From the NCBI RefSeq assembly GCF_964194155.1, contig NC_135908.1, positions 15,376,001 through 15,440,000 of the forward strand: a stretch of 64,000 nucleotides of DNA, in the 5' to 3' direction. Below, one piece after another: positions 1 to 13,690 of the stretch; the first letter of the stretch is position 1; the number at the start of each line of letters is the position of its first letter. The position numbers and the translations under genes are program-made. A model generated the notes under the pieces. That model worked only from the letters and a program-made list of their open reading frames with translations, did no database searches and was not told the DNA's origin. The stretch comes from Cetorhinus maximus. Lineage: Eukaryota.

Positions 1-1294
1 TAAAAATATATGGGTTAATCACAAAAGCATTTTTTAAATCAGTCTAGTCCAATATGATTCGCTCAATTTTAATTAAGTGAAGATAACTTTAAACTGACAG
101 AATTGTGATTTTATTTAGTGTGTAATGTACCTTTAAGAATAATACTTGTTAAGAAAGATCACATGATCTGTAGTAACCAATAGAGTAGCGTGGGCTACCT
201 CAGCAGTCAGTGTAGAGATAGAGTTGGAGTTGAAAGCACATGTGTAGTTGCTGCTGAGTATATAGTAAACAAACTTAATGTTTCCACCCAAGAAGCGACT
301 GATCAACTCTGTCATTAACAGCACAACTCGGCCACCCTACAACAGAACCGTTTACAAGTTACATTGTGCATTATAGCAAATAAATAAAAAAGGGTACCCA
401 TAGTGTCCTTGCATCATTAGGAGCTCAACTTTTAGAGCCAAGGCCTTCAAACATGCACAATTAGCAGAAAACGTTGGCAATTCAATCCGAGGCCGTGCCC
501 AGGTGTGAGGGGGTCTGGCTCCCAAACTTTTGGAAACTTCCACAAAAGCTGGCAAAAACTAGATTTGTTCTCGAAATCCCCCCCCCACCACCCCCTTCCC
601 CAACCTTATGCATTGGATTTGGTCGAATTGTTCCCCCCCAAAAAAATAAATAAATAAAAATCAGCACAGCCTAGCAGAAACTGCAGGCCTTAAAACGCAA
701 CTAGTCCAATTACACAAGTGATCGGTTCAGTAGATGTTTCTGCACTGAAGACTATGTCCAATATTAAGAACGTAAACTCCCAAGAAATCATTGCCAGATT
801 TTAAAACTTGTACAATTCTATTGCTGAACTGCCCTGTTGGCCAGGGTTGTAAATGAATGCCAGAAACCCCCTGCAGATTGCTGGGGTCAATGAAAAGGTT
901 ATACATTCATTAACTTTGATGCATGACACAGAGGTCCACTAAACCATCCAAGTTAGGAGTAGGAGTCCATGTACAGTCCAAACCTTAAGTAATTACATCT
1001 GAGAAAGAATTACCAAGAGATAAATATTTGGTTGCGTTAGCTCTTGAAGATCATGAGGCTAAGCTACATTTGACAAACCATGTTAAATATAAATACTTTT
1101 GAATTCAACCCTGTGGTTTAATAGTTGAACACATTGACTATCTGCCAATTGGAAAGACAAACATTTATAACTGGTGAGAATAAGTGTAGCTTTAGTTTGG
1201 TCATTGGCGATGAAGTTCAACTTGAAGCCAATTTAAAAAAAAAGGTACAGTTCATCTCAGCCTTTTAAATAACTTTTAAAAAGCACTTGCAAAC

Positions 1295-1470
1295 ATATAG
1301 GAGCAAGCCATTTCGACCCCTCTAGTCTGATCTGCCATTCAACTAGAGCATGGCTGATCTAACTTAAACACCATTTTCCCACACTATCCTCATAGCTCTC
1401 CATGTCTTTACTATCTAGAAAGATCTTGCTTCCAACACCACTCAACTTGAGGTTTGTGGGTAGTGAAGTA
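1295..1470 (-). mobile_element. CR1 3'-UTR fragment
   Basis: ataggagcaagccatttcgacccctc...ctgccattcaactagagcatggctgatc, as at 48095. Confidence 0.55.
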
Positions 1471-2156
1471 TTCCTTAAGTGAAACAGAAAACTGTAGAAC
1501 CTTTCCAAGAATTACTTCTCATGGTTAAAGATTCTCCAGCGCTACAACAACGCATCTGCAGCCCATTCCCACAAACTCCCAACTTACCCAATACCATCCC
1601 ACTCAAACCCAACGCTCCCAATGGACCTTTTGGAAAAACAAATACAATCGGTTCCCAATAAATTCAAAAATCCTTGTCCATAAACCTCTAAATGAACTTC
1701 CCCCCCACCCCCATCCTGCTGGCAAGTCTTAACATTTGTTAACACAATATGCAGGAAAAAAATCATACAAAATATCATTCACACCTCCCTCCGCCCAGCA
1801 CAACCTTCCATCCCTCTCCAAGTAGGAAAGGGAAGCCGTGCTGAGCAATATTGTGTGTACATCTTGGATTTTCACATTCAAGCTACTGTCCCTTATAAAA
1901 TTTGGTAGATGTCAAATTCAGTTTGGAGTGGCAGGTTGTACAAATCCTGCTACAATAAAACCTGCTTCAAGTGGCACTACCACCCCCCGAGCTTGATACA
2001 TCCAAGCAGGGTAGCAACTCGTGCCAGAGTATCTGCATGATCCAGATTCCCCATTTTATGTGAAAAGGTCTCAGTTATGTCTCAAGTTAGACGTAGTGGG
2101 ACATGCAGAAAATTCCACATCTGGCTAACTTATGGTTAAATAAAAATAATAATTAC

Positions 2157-2195
2157 CTGTTTTGATGTTAGCTTGATCAGTGACCCTTCATAACC
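2157..2195 (-). CDS. RBPMS2: RBPMS2-like coding exon 3 (GYEGSLIKLTSKQ)
   Basis: 39-bp exon: cacag|GGTTATGAAGGGTCACTGATCAAGCTAACATCAAAACAG|gtaatt. Matches the conserved third exon. The next exon (PVGFV...) was not found in 1-2156, so it lies outside the window. Confidence 0.96.
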
Positions 2196-2824
2196 CTGTG
2201 GGGGAAAAATACATTGCAATAATGGAATTTTTACAATTCAGGTCACAGGTTCGTGTTAAAAAGGTGTTAGTACTTCTCAAAACAAAGCGCACAGTTTGAA
2301 CTGTTGAATTAAACCAGTTCAATACCAGGTGAGATTAAATAGGCAAATTCAATACCAGGCTTCCAAAAGACATGTTTCAATCTCTAAAAGGAAAAACTAC
2401 AACTGAAAACGAAGGTAGAGAGATTATAATTAAGCTAGCCTTGAATTTAAAATGCTAAAAGCACACCTCTAGATTTTAAAAAAGTGGAAATCACTTTGGA
2501 CAAGTACAACTAAATTGAACGCATTGTCTCAAGTTTATAAACAAACATCTCGATTTTTGCACAAGTCTCACCCGTTGGGTGCAAAACTTCAAATGCAGAG
2601 ACCTAAAGTGAGGTTGTGAGGTTGACAAAAATTTGTGGGCCTGTTGATTGCAATATCAATGTTTTAAGGTCAAGGTCTTTGTAGGTCACACAAGGCTTCT
2701 CTCCTGTCCGCTCCTATTTTTAAGGGGTGGACGAGGAAGGGGTCCTCAACTTTGGCAGCATATCCCTTTACAAGGCCCAGGTAGGAGGAGAGCTAATGTG
2801 GTTCAGTGAATAGTGCTTGTGCTC

Positions 2825-3230
2825 CAAGCTTCACTAAAGTCCTGGGAAATCCCAATCCAGAGACTTGAGCACAAAAATCCAGGCCAACATACCAGCACCG
2901 CACTAACGGAAATGCTGCACACAGTTGGAGGTGCCATTTTTTTGGATGAGATGTTAAGCCGAGGACTCACCGGCTCTCGGGTGAGCAGAAAAGCATCCCC
3001 TTGGCACAATTTGAAGGAGGGAGTGAGAATTCAGCCTGGCCAAAATTTATCCCTTAAGCAACACCCCAAATCAGTATCTGATCATATTGCTATTTGAGAG
3101 ATCTTGTGTGCCAATGGACTGCCACTTACCCCTGCGTTACAACAAAGATGACACTGCTAAAAGCACTTGAATGGCTGCAGAGAGCTTCTGAACGCCTTGA
3201 AGCTGCGAAAGGCACCAAGACTATTGTTCT
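2825..3230 (+). mobile_element. tRNA-head SINE (DeuSINE-like)
   Basis: cccaatccagagacttgagcacaaaaatccagg...gctgcacacagttggaggtgccattttttggatgagatgttaagccgagg, shared with 44330 and 45200. Confidence 0.65.
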
Positions 3231-3959
3231 TTTTAAAACAAAACCCAGTGATTTAAACAGCACCGGGGTTGCTGAGGAGACTCATTAGAACGAAGAGTCA
3301 CTCAAGTCAAAAGATAAAACGCAATTTGAAAAAAGGCCAGTTAGACTGAATGCTCAGCTTAGAGCACAGTTATTGTGCCTGCCTGCAAAGTTGATATTGC
3401 TCACAGAGCATTACATTACATTGTTCAACAGGAATTTATCTTGCGCAAGAGCATTTGTCAACCTGCCCACAAAAGCTGCACGGCCCAAGTCTATCAATTT
3501 ACTTATGTATGCGTTGCTACTGCAGCCAAACAGCTGACGGATTAACCCAAGGATACATTACCGGTCTGTGTATTGTTAGTCTACAATACTAAAACTTAAT
3601 GGCTAGGGCTTTGCAGTCAGTGGTAAAAGGAAGAGAGCTTGCTGCTGCCCTTGAAGGGAGCGGAGAGATCTAGTGACTTGTGGGGGGGAAAAGCACATTC
3701 TCCGCAAGCGATTGTGGAGTATTCCTTATTGGGAATTCTTGGCGTTGAGCTGTAGAGATGCTCAAATCGTCCAGGGTGACCACTTACATCAAAAAAATGA
3801 ATCCTCATGAACCCACAAACCAGAAGAAACAAAAATCATTAATTATCAAATCACAATTGTATTATGCTCTCCAAAATAAAAGCAAAGATTGTCCATACAT
3901 ATAGGATGGCACATCATGAACGTTATAAAAAAAAACTTAATAATCTAGCAAATATTATT

Positions 3960-4410
3960 AAGACGGGAGAACGTTAGCTATCAGGAGAGGCTGAGGGCTT
4001 TACTTTTTGGAGCAGAGATGGTTGAGGGGAGATTTAATCGGAGGTGTAAAAAATGACGAGGGGCCTGGATAGAGCAGAAGGTCCCATTTCCCTCAACAGA
4101 GGGGGAGAAGTCAATAACCTGGGGTGGGGGGACAGGTGGCAGAGTTTTGTTTTTAAGTAACTGGTAGAAGGATTAGAGGGGAGCTGAGGAGAATTCTTTT
4201 CACCCGGAGGGTGGAGAGAGTCTGGAACCCACTGCCTGAAAAGGTCACAGAGGCTGAAAACCACTCGGCTACGCACTTGGGAAGGGCTGTAAACTACAGG
4301 GTTATAGACCAAGAGCTGGAGAGTAGGATTAGGCTGGATAACACATTTTTGGCTGGTGCAGGCATGAGCTGAATGGCCTCCTCCTGTGCTGTAAATTTGA
4401 TGTGAGCAAT
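3960..4410 (+). mobile_element. CR1-clade LINE 3' fragment
   Basis: ttggagcagagatggttgaggggagatttaat...gctgaatggcctcctcctgtgctgtaa. Confidence 0.75.
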
Positions 4411-4789
4411 TAATCATAAGAAACACTTAAGGGCCAAATGTAAAAATGAGCTTTTCCAAGACCAGCTCAAATTGTTCGGCAGTGATGCTACTCAAATCGC
4501 TGTTTGAAATGGTTATACCTAATCAAGCAGGCTTAACTTTTGATGGGGTTTCTAACAACGATATGGGGGGGGGGGTAGAAAAAGAGGAATTTCACCAGGT
4601 CAATTGATTTTACCAGCTTGGGGTGGGTTCCAGGTTCCGCAGCACAGCCTGTGAAGGGTCCATGTGTGAGACACCCACCAATTCAGGATTTCTACATTAG
4701 CCTGCGATTTGGCTAAATCCTGAAGATTCATAATGATAAGGATGATGGATGCTAACAACACACACACACTGGACTAATTAAAAAAAAAA

Positions 4790-4915
4790 TTCTGTCACAG
4801 GATGTAGGCGTTTGTCGCCCATCCCTAATTGCCCTTAAGGTGGCGGTAGCGAGTCCCCTGCTCGAGCCGCTACAATCCATGGGGCGCAGGTACACCCATG
4901 GTGCTGTTAGAGAGG
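4790..4915 (-). mobile_element. LINE family A 3'-end fragment
   Basis: cccatccctaattgcccttaaggtggcgg...tacacccatggtgctgttag, as at 5830-5920. Confidence 0.65.
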
Positions 4916-5784
4916 AGCCAACCTTTCCAAAATAAAAAAACAGGGGCACACAATCCACTAACTGCCTTTAGCAAACCAAATTGAGTCTATGGACCACATT
5001 TGAAGGTCGTTAAGTGCTTATCAAATTCCATAAACCCAAGCAGCACCTAATTAGTCCAAGCATTAAAACACACACTTTATACACAAACCAAACTATGGTG
5101 CAAGATCGGCAGTTGTTACCGGAAGCCATAGTCCAAGCCGAGCAGTAATTCTTTCAAAACAAAAATTAGCACCTCAGACTCAAATGTTAATTGCTCGAAG
5201 CAAACCATGTTCAACATGTTATCCAATTTCAAGAACCACTTGCGCGCTGACCAGCCAAACGGACTGAACTCTTACGCACCAGTGAGGGAAAGACATCTTT
5301 CAAGGGTGGCCTTATAAACCAGAACCAGTCTTCAGAAAAACAGGCTCAAAAAGCATCCCATTGAAGAAAGAGAAACAGCCAGGTGCATGGAGTGTAATTC
5401 ACTTGAGTTACGTGTCATTCTAACATTGTTCAAAGTGAAGCAAACTATTCCCCTTGCAGGGTTCCCTGCAATATGTAACATCTGAGGTCCTGTCAGTTAT
5501 CCAAGGATTCATATCGTTATTCTGCAGACTTTACAATTGTATTTTTGCAAACAAGATTTTTTAAAAATAAATAGTATTTGCATTAAATTAGGTACCTGGT
5601 TATCTAGTTGATACAACATATTAAATGCAGCTCCATGTCAATACAACCTCATTATACGGAAGTAATGGAACTCTCCCCCCCACTTAAAGACTACCAACTC
5701 CTTTTGGGTGCAGTTCAAAGAATCGGTGACCTGGAGGTCCTACCGAGCAATGGTAGTAGGCTGTCATCCTAGAAAGTTTTTTTT

Positions 5785-8520
5785 TTATTCACATGACATG
5801 GGCCTCGCTGGCTGGGCCAGCATTTATAACCCTTCCCCAATTGCCCTCGAGGTGTCGGTGAGCTGCCTTCTTGAACTGCTGCAGGCCATGTGGTGTAGGT
5901 ACACCCATGGTGCTGTTAGGGAGGGAGTTCCAGGATTTTGACCCAGCGACAGTGAAGGAACGGAGATATATTTCCAAGTCAGGATGGTGATGGCTTGGAG
6001 GGGAACTTCCAGCTGGTAGTGTTCCCATGTGTCTACTGCCCTTGTCCTTCTAAGTGGTAGAAGTCACAGGTTTGGACGGTGCTTTCAAAAGGAGCCTTGG
6101 TGAATTGCTGTAGTGAATTTTGTAGGTGGTACACAGTGCAGCCACTGTGTCAGTGGCAGAGGGAGTTGATGTTATTGTAGTGGATGGGGTACCAATGAAG
6201 CGGGCTACTTTGTCCTAGATGGTGTCAAGCTAGAGTGTTGTTGGAGCTGTACTCATCCAGGCAAGTGGGGGGTTATTCCATCACACTTCTGACTTGTGCC
6301 TTATTAGATGGTGGACAGGCTTTGGGGAGTCAGGAGATGAGTTACTCATTGCATGATTCCTAGCCTCTGACCTGCTCTTGTAGCCACAGTATTTATATGG
6401 CTAGTCCAGTTCAGCTCCTGTTCAATGGTAACCCCCAAGGATGTTGGATTATAGGAGATTCGGCAATGACAATGCCATTGAATGTCAAGGGGAGATGGTT
6501 AGATCCTCTCTTGTTGGGAGATAGTACTCGCACTTGTTTGGCATAAATGTTACTTGTCATATCAGCCCAAGCTTGAATGTTGTCCAAGTCTTGCTGTGTA
6601 AAGACATGGACTGCTACAGTATGAGGAGTTGCAAATGGAGCTGAGCACTGTAATCAGTGAACATCTCCACTTCTGACCTTATGATGGAAGGAAGGTCATT
6701 GATGAAGCAGCTGAAGATGGTTGTGCCTAGGACACTACCCTGAGGAACTCCTGCAGTGATGTTCCAAGATGGAGATGATTGACCTCCAACAGCCACAACC
6801 ATCTTCCTTTGTGCTGGGTATGACACTAATCAGCAGAGAGTTTTCCCCGATGCCCATTTACTCCACTTCTGCCAGGGCTCCTTGATGCCACTTTGCTGCT
6901 TTGTCAAGGGCAGTCACTCTCACCTCTGGAGTTCAGACCTTCTGTCCATGTTTGGAACAAGGCTGTAATGAGGTCAAGAGTCAAGTGACCCCAGCATGTG
7001 CAAAATGGAGCATCAACAAGCAAGTTATCACTGAGTGAGTGCCACTCAATAGCAGTTAATGACCCCACCATCACTTTACAGATGGGACAGTAGTTGGCCA
7101 GGTTGGATGTGCCCTGCTTTAGGTGGACAGGATGTACCTGGGAAAATTTCCACATTGCCAGGAAGATGTCAATATTGCAGTTGTACTGGAATAGCTTGGT
7201 TAGGGGCGTGGCAAATTCTGGAGCACAAGTCTTCAGTGCTATTGCTGGAATGTTATCAGGGCCATAGCCTTTGCAGTATCCAGTGGCTTCTGCCATTTCT
7301 TGATTTCACAGAGTGGATTGAATTGGCTGAAGACTGGCATCCGCGATGCTGGGGACCTCCGGAGGAGGCCAAGATGGATCATTCCCTCAGCACTTCTGGC
7401 TGAAGATGGTTGCGAGTGCTTCAGCTTTATCTTTTGCACTGATGTGCTGGGCTCCCCCATCATCAAGGATGGGGATATTTGTGGAGCCTCCTCCTCCAGT
7501 GAGTCTAATTGTCCACCACCATTCATGACTGGATGTGGTAGGACTGCAGAGCTTAGGTCTGATCCATTGGTTATGGGATCATTTAGCTCTGTCTATCACT
7601 TGCTGTTTGGCACGCATGTAGTCCTGTGTTGTAGCTTCACCAGGTTGACCTCATTTTTAAGCATGCCTGGTGCTGCTCCTGGCATGCACTCTTCATTGAA
7701 CCAGGGTTGATCCCTGGCTTGGTGGTTATGGTAGAGTGGGGAACATGTCAGGCCATGAGGTTACAGATAGTGGCTGCATACAATTCCGTTGCTGCCCCAC
7801 AGCATCTCATGGATGCCCAGTTTGGAGTTGCTAGATCTGTTTGAAATCCATCATATTTAATACGGTGGTAGTACCGCAATACACGATGGAGGGTATCCTC
7901 AATGTGAAGGTGGCACTTAGTCTCCACAAGAGCTGTGCAGTGGTCACTCCTACCAATACCATCATGGACAAACATCTGTGACAGGTAGACTGGTGAGCAC
8001 GAGGTGAAGTAAGATTTTCCCCTCTTGTTGGTCCCCTCACCACCTATAACAGACCCAGACCAGCAGTCAAGCCCTTTAGGACTCGGCCAGCTTGGTCAGT
8101 CATGGTGCTACTGAGCCACACTTGGTGATGGACATTGAATTCCCCCACCCAGAGTACATTCTGTGCCATTGCCACCCTCAGTGAACACCAAGTGGTGTTC
8201 AACATGGAGGAGCACTGATTCATTAACCCAGGCAGGGGGGCAGAAGGTGGTAATCAGGAGGTTTTCTTGCCCATGTTTGACTTGATGCCATGAGACATCA
8301 TAGGGCCTGGAGTCGATGTTAAGGACTCCCAGGGCAACTCCCTCCCGACTGTATACCACTTTGGTGCCACTTCTGATGGGCGTGTCCTGCCAGTGGGCCA
8401 GGACGTGTGTTCGTGGTATCTGGGACATTATTTGCAAGGTACGATTCCGTGAGTATGGCTGCGTCAGGCTGTTGCCTGACTCATCTGTGAGATTACTCAA
8501 TGTTCGCACAAGCTCCCAGA
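5785..8520 (-). mobile_element. Decayed non-LTR retrotransposon (CR1/L2-group LINE, family A), ORF2 endonuclease + RT + 3' end
   Basis: Minus-strand fragments GPDNIPAIALKTCAPE, ITAGVPQGSVLG..FSCFINDLP, GIGRSDH and VRGPTRGEN, with frameshifts. The 3' end near 5785 is shared with other copies. Confidence 0.88.
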
Positions 8521-8529
8521 TGTTTGGAA

Positions 8530-8845
8530 AAAGAACTTGCATTTATGTAATGCCTTTCACAACCATAGCACATCCCAAAGCACTTTACAGCCACTGAAAT
8601 ATTTTTGGCAGCTAATTTGTGCAGAGCAAGCTCCCAAAACAGCAACGTAACAACCTGTTTTTTTTGCAAAGCGAATTTAGGTATTAATTTTGGACAGGGG
8701 CCTCAGAACTCCCCTCCTCCTCTTCAATAATAATGCCATGCAATCTGGAGGGGGGCATATGGGGCCTTAATTTACTAATCATCTGAAAGACAGCAACTCC
8801 GACATTGCAACACTCCCACGCTGGAATTGAAAACGCCAGCCTAGA
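8530..8845 (-). mobile_element. Decayed SINE of the same family
   Basis: aacttgcatttatgtaatgcctttcac...catcccaaagcactttacagcca...catctgaaagacagcaactccgacattgcaacactccc. Confidence 0.6.
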
Positions 8846-8856
8846 TTCTTTGAGAG

Positions 8857-9436
8857 TGAGCGAGAGGAAGAGGGGGAAAAGGACAGAGCGAGAGGAAGAG
8901 GGGGAAAAGGACAGAGCGAGAGGAAGAGGGGAAAAAGGACAGAGCGAGAGGAAGAGGGGAAAAAGGACAGAGCGAGGGGAAGAGGGGAAAAAGGACAGAG
9001 CGAGGGGAAGAGGGGAAAAAGGACAGAGCGAGAGGAAGAGGGGAAAAAGGACAGAGCGAGAGGAAGAGGGGAAAAAGGACAGAGCGAGAGGAAGAGGGGA
9101 AAAAGGACAGAGCGAGAGGAAGAGGGGAAAAAGGACAGAGCGAGAGGAAGAGGGGAAAAAGGACAGAGCGAGAGGAAGAGGGGAAAAAGGACAGAGCGAG
9201 AGGAAGAGGGGAAAAAGGACAGAGCGAGAGGAAGAGGGGAAAAAGGACAGAGCGAGAGGAAGAGGGGAAAAAGGACAGAGCGAGAGGAAGAGGGGGAAAA
9301 GACAGAGCGAGAGGAAGAGGGGGAAAAGACAGGGCGAGAGGAAGAGGGGGAAAAGACAGGGCGAGAGGAAGAGGGGGAAAAGACAGGGCGAGAGGAAGAG
9401 GGGAAAAAGACAGAGCGAGAGGAAGAGGGGAGAGAG
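8857..9436. repeat. 28-bp purine-rich minisatellite, ~20 copies
   Basis: Unit AGAGCGAGAGGAAGAGGGGAAAAAGGAC repeated head to tail. Confidence 0.95.
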
Positions 9437-9801
9437 AAAGCTGCCTACTGATAAAGTTAGTGAGCAATGGTTTAAAAAACTCAAGGGGAGATGGTCACAT
9501 TAAAGGAGGAAATTAGAAGTGTGTTTTTTTTTTAAAAATGTCACAGCCACATCAACACCATCTCCCTGGAAAAAAAAACAGACAGCTGGAAGTTGGGGTT
9601 GAATATTGATTGTCACCCGAGGACCCATTGCACATAACTGCAAGAAAATGGAGAAAGCAGATATGTAGATCAATATGCATAGCCTCTTAATTACAAAAAC
9701 TCAAACTACAGGGCTGCACTGCTCAAAACACAGAACCCAGGGAGGCAAACATTTATATATCCCAAGCTAGACACCAACCTGCAGTCATAACAAGTCCTTA
9801 C

Positions 9802-9879
9802 CTTAAATGGCCGAAAAAGAAGATAAAGCTCACGGGGTTTAATATCCATGGGAAGCCCACTCACAAAAAGGGTACGGAC
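9802..9879 (-). CDS. RBPMS2: RBPMS2-like coding exon 2, start of RRM ([26 protein letters not shown])
   Basis: 78-bp exon with ctgcag| acceptor and AAG|gtaagg donor. The peptide is the conserved RBPMS/RBPMS2 RRM start. Confidence 0.97.
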
Positions 9880-12464
9880 CTGCAGATTTAAAAGAAGCAA
9901 AGCTGAGTTAAAATGCAATGCCACCTTCCCCAGTCACAGCCATCAGGCCAGGGTGAGTACAAGGTCATCCTCTACTGTTCAAATGCAAGAAAGCAGTGGA
10001 TTCAAAATTTGCTGAAAACATCTGATACCGATGTCTAGAAGATTCATTAGCCAAAATGTAGATTTACTGCATTCTGCACAGGATGCTTGAATCTGGTTCA
10101 AGAGGAAAGCAAGATTAGACAGCCAATACCATCAAGTAGGCCAGAAAAGCACCCATCTGTTTAGCATATCACAAAACGCATTACGACCAACATATTCAAG
10201 ATGCACGGCCAATTTGTGCAGTGTTCCCACGAACAGTACCCAACTGGGTCAAGTCAACACCACTTTGTAAATGCAAGTATAACTCGGGTACCCTGGTCAT
10301 CCCAGTCGGTGAAGACCAGTAGAATGAACCTGGAAGACCGATCTCACTTGCTGTCTTGGATTTGAGTAGGTTAGCAGATTTCACCTCTCGATTCAGGCTA
10401 ATAGCCACAATCCTTGCAGCTAGCTATCGAGGACAATGAATAGCTTTGAACAGTCAAGGTTGTGGTTGAAACGAGAATCTAAAAAAAAAAGGCAGGCTAC
10501 AAAAAGTGCAAGAGATCCCATATCTGACGTGGCCTGAACACTACCAGGTTGCACCGTACTTCCTTTCAGAGCAGACAGGTTGCTCCCACCACTCGCCTAG
10601 AAACACAGTACATTGGAAACGACACTGTGAATGGTGTCAAAGAAGCTCGCTTACACTAAATTGCTCTTTAGTCTACATATTAAAACTTCAAGCTAACTTA
10701 TTTCTATCCTCTCCTTTTTAAAAGCTCAAAAAAGGTCATTGCAAAGGCAGCCATATCCACACTTAAAACCTTCCAGGATAAAGGCTCGATTGAATGCTCA
10801 GCTAAAGCCAGTGTCACATTCAACACTGTTTTGGCTTGTATAGAGATTCAGATTGCTTGCCCATCTGTGCAGTTGGAATGCATTACAGTGAGGAAAATCA
10901 AAAGGCAATAGCTTGTTACTGCTTGGACAGTTAATCGTAACATTTTTTGAGCAGGTTTACTACAGAAAAATAGTCCAACTGAATCTTTACAGGCTGAGAA
11001 TGAGTAATTGAGTCTTTAATTCTAATGCCAAAAGGACAAATCTGCTCATATCCAGTAACTTACCAAAACGTTGATCCACACTTTTGAAAGCATGTTAGAA
11101 AAAAAAAGCCAAGCCCCAAAGCACTACAATAGTGTGTTCCGGCATTAAATTCATTAGCCCTAATTCGATTGAGTCCCAAGATTAGCAGTACCAAGTTACA
11201 ATAGCAATATTATGTGCTACAAATGCATAATTAGGATCGAAATGTTTTAGGATTGTTTAACTTTTGGTTTGTAAGATAGTGTTCTGGTTCAAGAGACCAA
11301 TTTTAAACATGGGATAGATGAAAGGAAAGCAGTTTGTAGTACATTAGATAGGCCAGGAGTTGCAGATCAAAAAGGGGAAGACTCAATAGTGTTGCTGGGA
11401 TGGTGGAAAGAGCTATTCACACCGAAGGTTAGAGTGGCCTTTCTGAATAGCGCAAGGAGACAGGCTGTCTGTTGGCATTTCAGCAGAGGGTTTGAAGTTA
11501 AGATATAAAATTAAGGGGTTTAAGTCATTCATGTAATTAACCATAATCAACCATAATCTACAAAGGATTACAGGCACCTCTCTCTCCCCATTAGAGGCAC
11601 AGTTGATTACATAGCCTGAGGGACACCACTCCACATCAAGTGTGGGTAAGGCAAGAAGCAGGCCTCCAGGGACACCAGTTGGCATAGGCATTGAACCCAT
11701 TCTGTTGACATCATTCTGCATCATGTGCTAGCTGCTAACTGCCACCCACAAATTAGCGTAACTTCTCCAGGTCAAAGGTTAAGGCAGCTGGTTAACAAAG
11801 GTAGGTTTTAAAATACCCGTATAGTTGATGACCATCTCTTGCGTAAAGCAAAGTGGCATTTACTTTTTAATGTCTTTAAAAAAATTAAAAGAACTGTCAA
11901 GGATCAACTTGGTAAGAAGCCAAATGTTGGTTTGTACAGAACACAAGGAATTCAAATTTCTTTTCAAAATTTACCAGCCTCGACAGAGATCATGACATAC
12001 GCTCAGGGTCAATGCCTGGAGGTTACAAGTTCAGCATCGGATAATAAGCTGCTGCATTTTATCCACAAGATTGTTGCATTCAGTGGACACTGTGCCGAAA
12101 TCACGTTTTGTTTGCCATTCAGGAAGCCGCTTTGAAATTAGGTTCGCAACAACTTAAAGCCAACGCTTGTCCCATTTGGAGTCATGCAATGCTTCTCAGA
12201 TTACACTGGCAGCCTCACCAGGGTAAGAAAGTCCACATGTACAGGAAGTACGGCCAGCCTTCTCTGTTTAGGATATTGGACTAGCAGCCAAGAGGTCATA
12301 ACAATTGAAAAATCAATTAAAAATCTGGTCATGTGGACCAACAAACAAGATGTAAAAACCCAGCTGGTTTACTCAGGTTGAGAGAGAAATATGGTAATCC
12401 ATCGAGACTGGTTCATGCCACCTAATGCCCTCAGGGCAGCTAGAGATGGACAATTTTTTCCCTC

Positions 12465-13690
12465 CACTCTCACAGGATATGGACATCGCTGGCTAGGCCA
12501 GTGTTTGCTGCCTATCCCCAATTGCCCCTGAGAAGGTGGTGGTGAGCCACCTTCTTGAAAACACTGCAGTCTATGTGACGTAGGTACACCCACAGTGCTG
12601 TTAGGGAGTTCCTGGATTTTGACCCAGCGACAGCGAAGGAACAGTGATATAGTTCCAAGCTTGGTGGGGAACTTGCAGGCAGTGGCGTTCTGCTGCCCTT
12701 GTTCTTTTAGGTGATAGAGGTTGTAAGTTTGGAAGGTGCTGTCGAAGGAGCCTTGGTGAGCCACTGCAGTGCGTCTTGTAGATGGCACACTGCTGCCACT
12801 GTGTGCTAGCAGTGAAGGGAGTGAACGTTTAAGGTGGTGGATGGGGTGCCAATCGAGCAGGCTGCCCTGTCCTGGTTAGTGTCAAGCTTGAGTGTTGTGG
12901 GAGCTGCACTCATCCAGGCAAGTGGGGAGTATTCCATCACACCCCTGACTTGTGCCTTGTAGATGATGGACAGGCTTTGGGGAATCAGGAGGTGAGTTAC
13001 TCATCACTGGATTCCTAGACTTTGACCTGCTCTTGTATTCACAGTATTTATATGGCTAGTCAAGTTCAGTTGCTGGTCAATGGTAACCCGTGGGGTGTTG
13101 ACAGTGGGGGATTCAGCAATGGTAATGCCATTGGATGTCAAGGGGGAGATGGTTAGATATTCTCTTACTGGAGATGGTCATTGCCTGGCATGTGTGTCAC
13201 AGATGTTACTTGCCACTTATCAGTCCAAACTAGATAAGTCCAAGTCTTACTGCATATGGACAGGGGCTGCTTCAGTATCTGAGAAGTCACAATGGTGCTG
13301 AACACTGCAATCAGCAAACATCCCCACTTCTGACATTATGATGGAGACAAGGCAATTGAGACAGTAGCCAGCCTAGAGGAACTCCTGCAGCAATGCCCTG
13401 GAACTGAGGTGATTGACCTCCAACATCTTCCTTTTGTGCTAGGTATGACTACAACCAAGTGGAAGATTTCACCCCCCCAACCCTGCCTCTACCCACCCGA
13501 TTTCCATTGGTTTCAGTTTTGCTAGGACTCCTTGATGCTACTCAGGTCAAATGCTGCCTTGATGACAAGAATGGCAGTCGCTCACCTCCCCTCGAGTTCA
13601 ACTCTTTTGTCCACGTCTGGATCACTACCAGTGATGAGGTCAGGAGCTGAGTAGCCTTGGCGGAACCCAAACTGAGCTGTCAAGTGAGCA
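12465..13690 (-). mobile_element. LINE family A, 5'-truncated copy
   Basis: Colinear with 5790-6990, including the 3' motif gctggctaggccag...gcccctgagaaggtggtggtgagc. Confidence 0.85.

Noticed and set aside
8684-9503. Three long ORFs (208-266 aa)
   Set aside because: They are translations of the stop-free 28-bp minisatellite, not genes.
9706-9924. 72-aa ORF as a standalone gene
   Set aside because: Only 9802-9879 is exonic; the rest is intron read-through.
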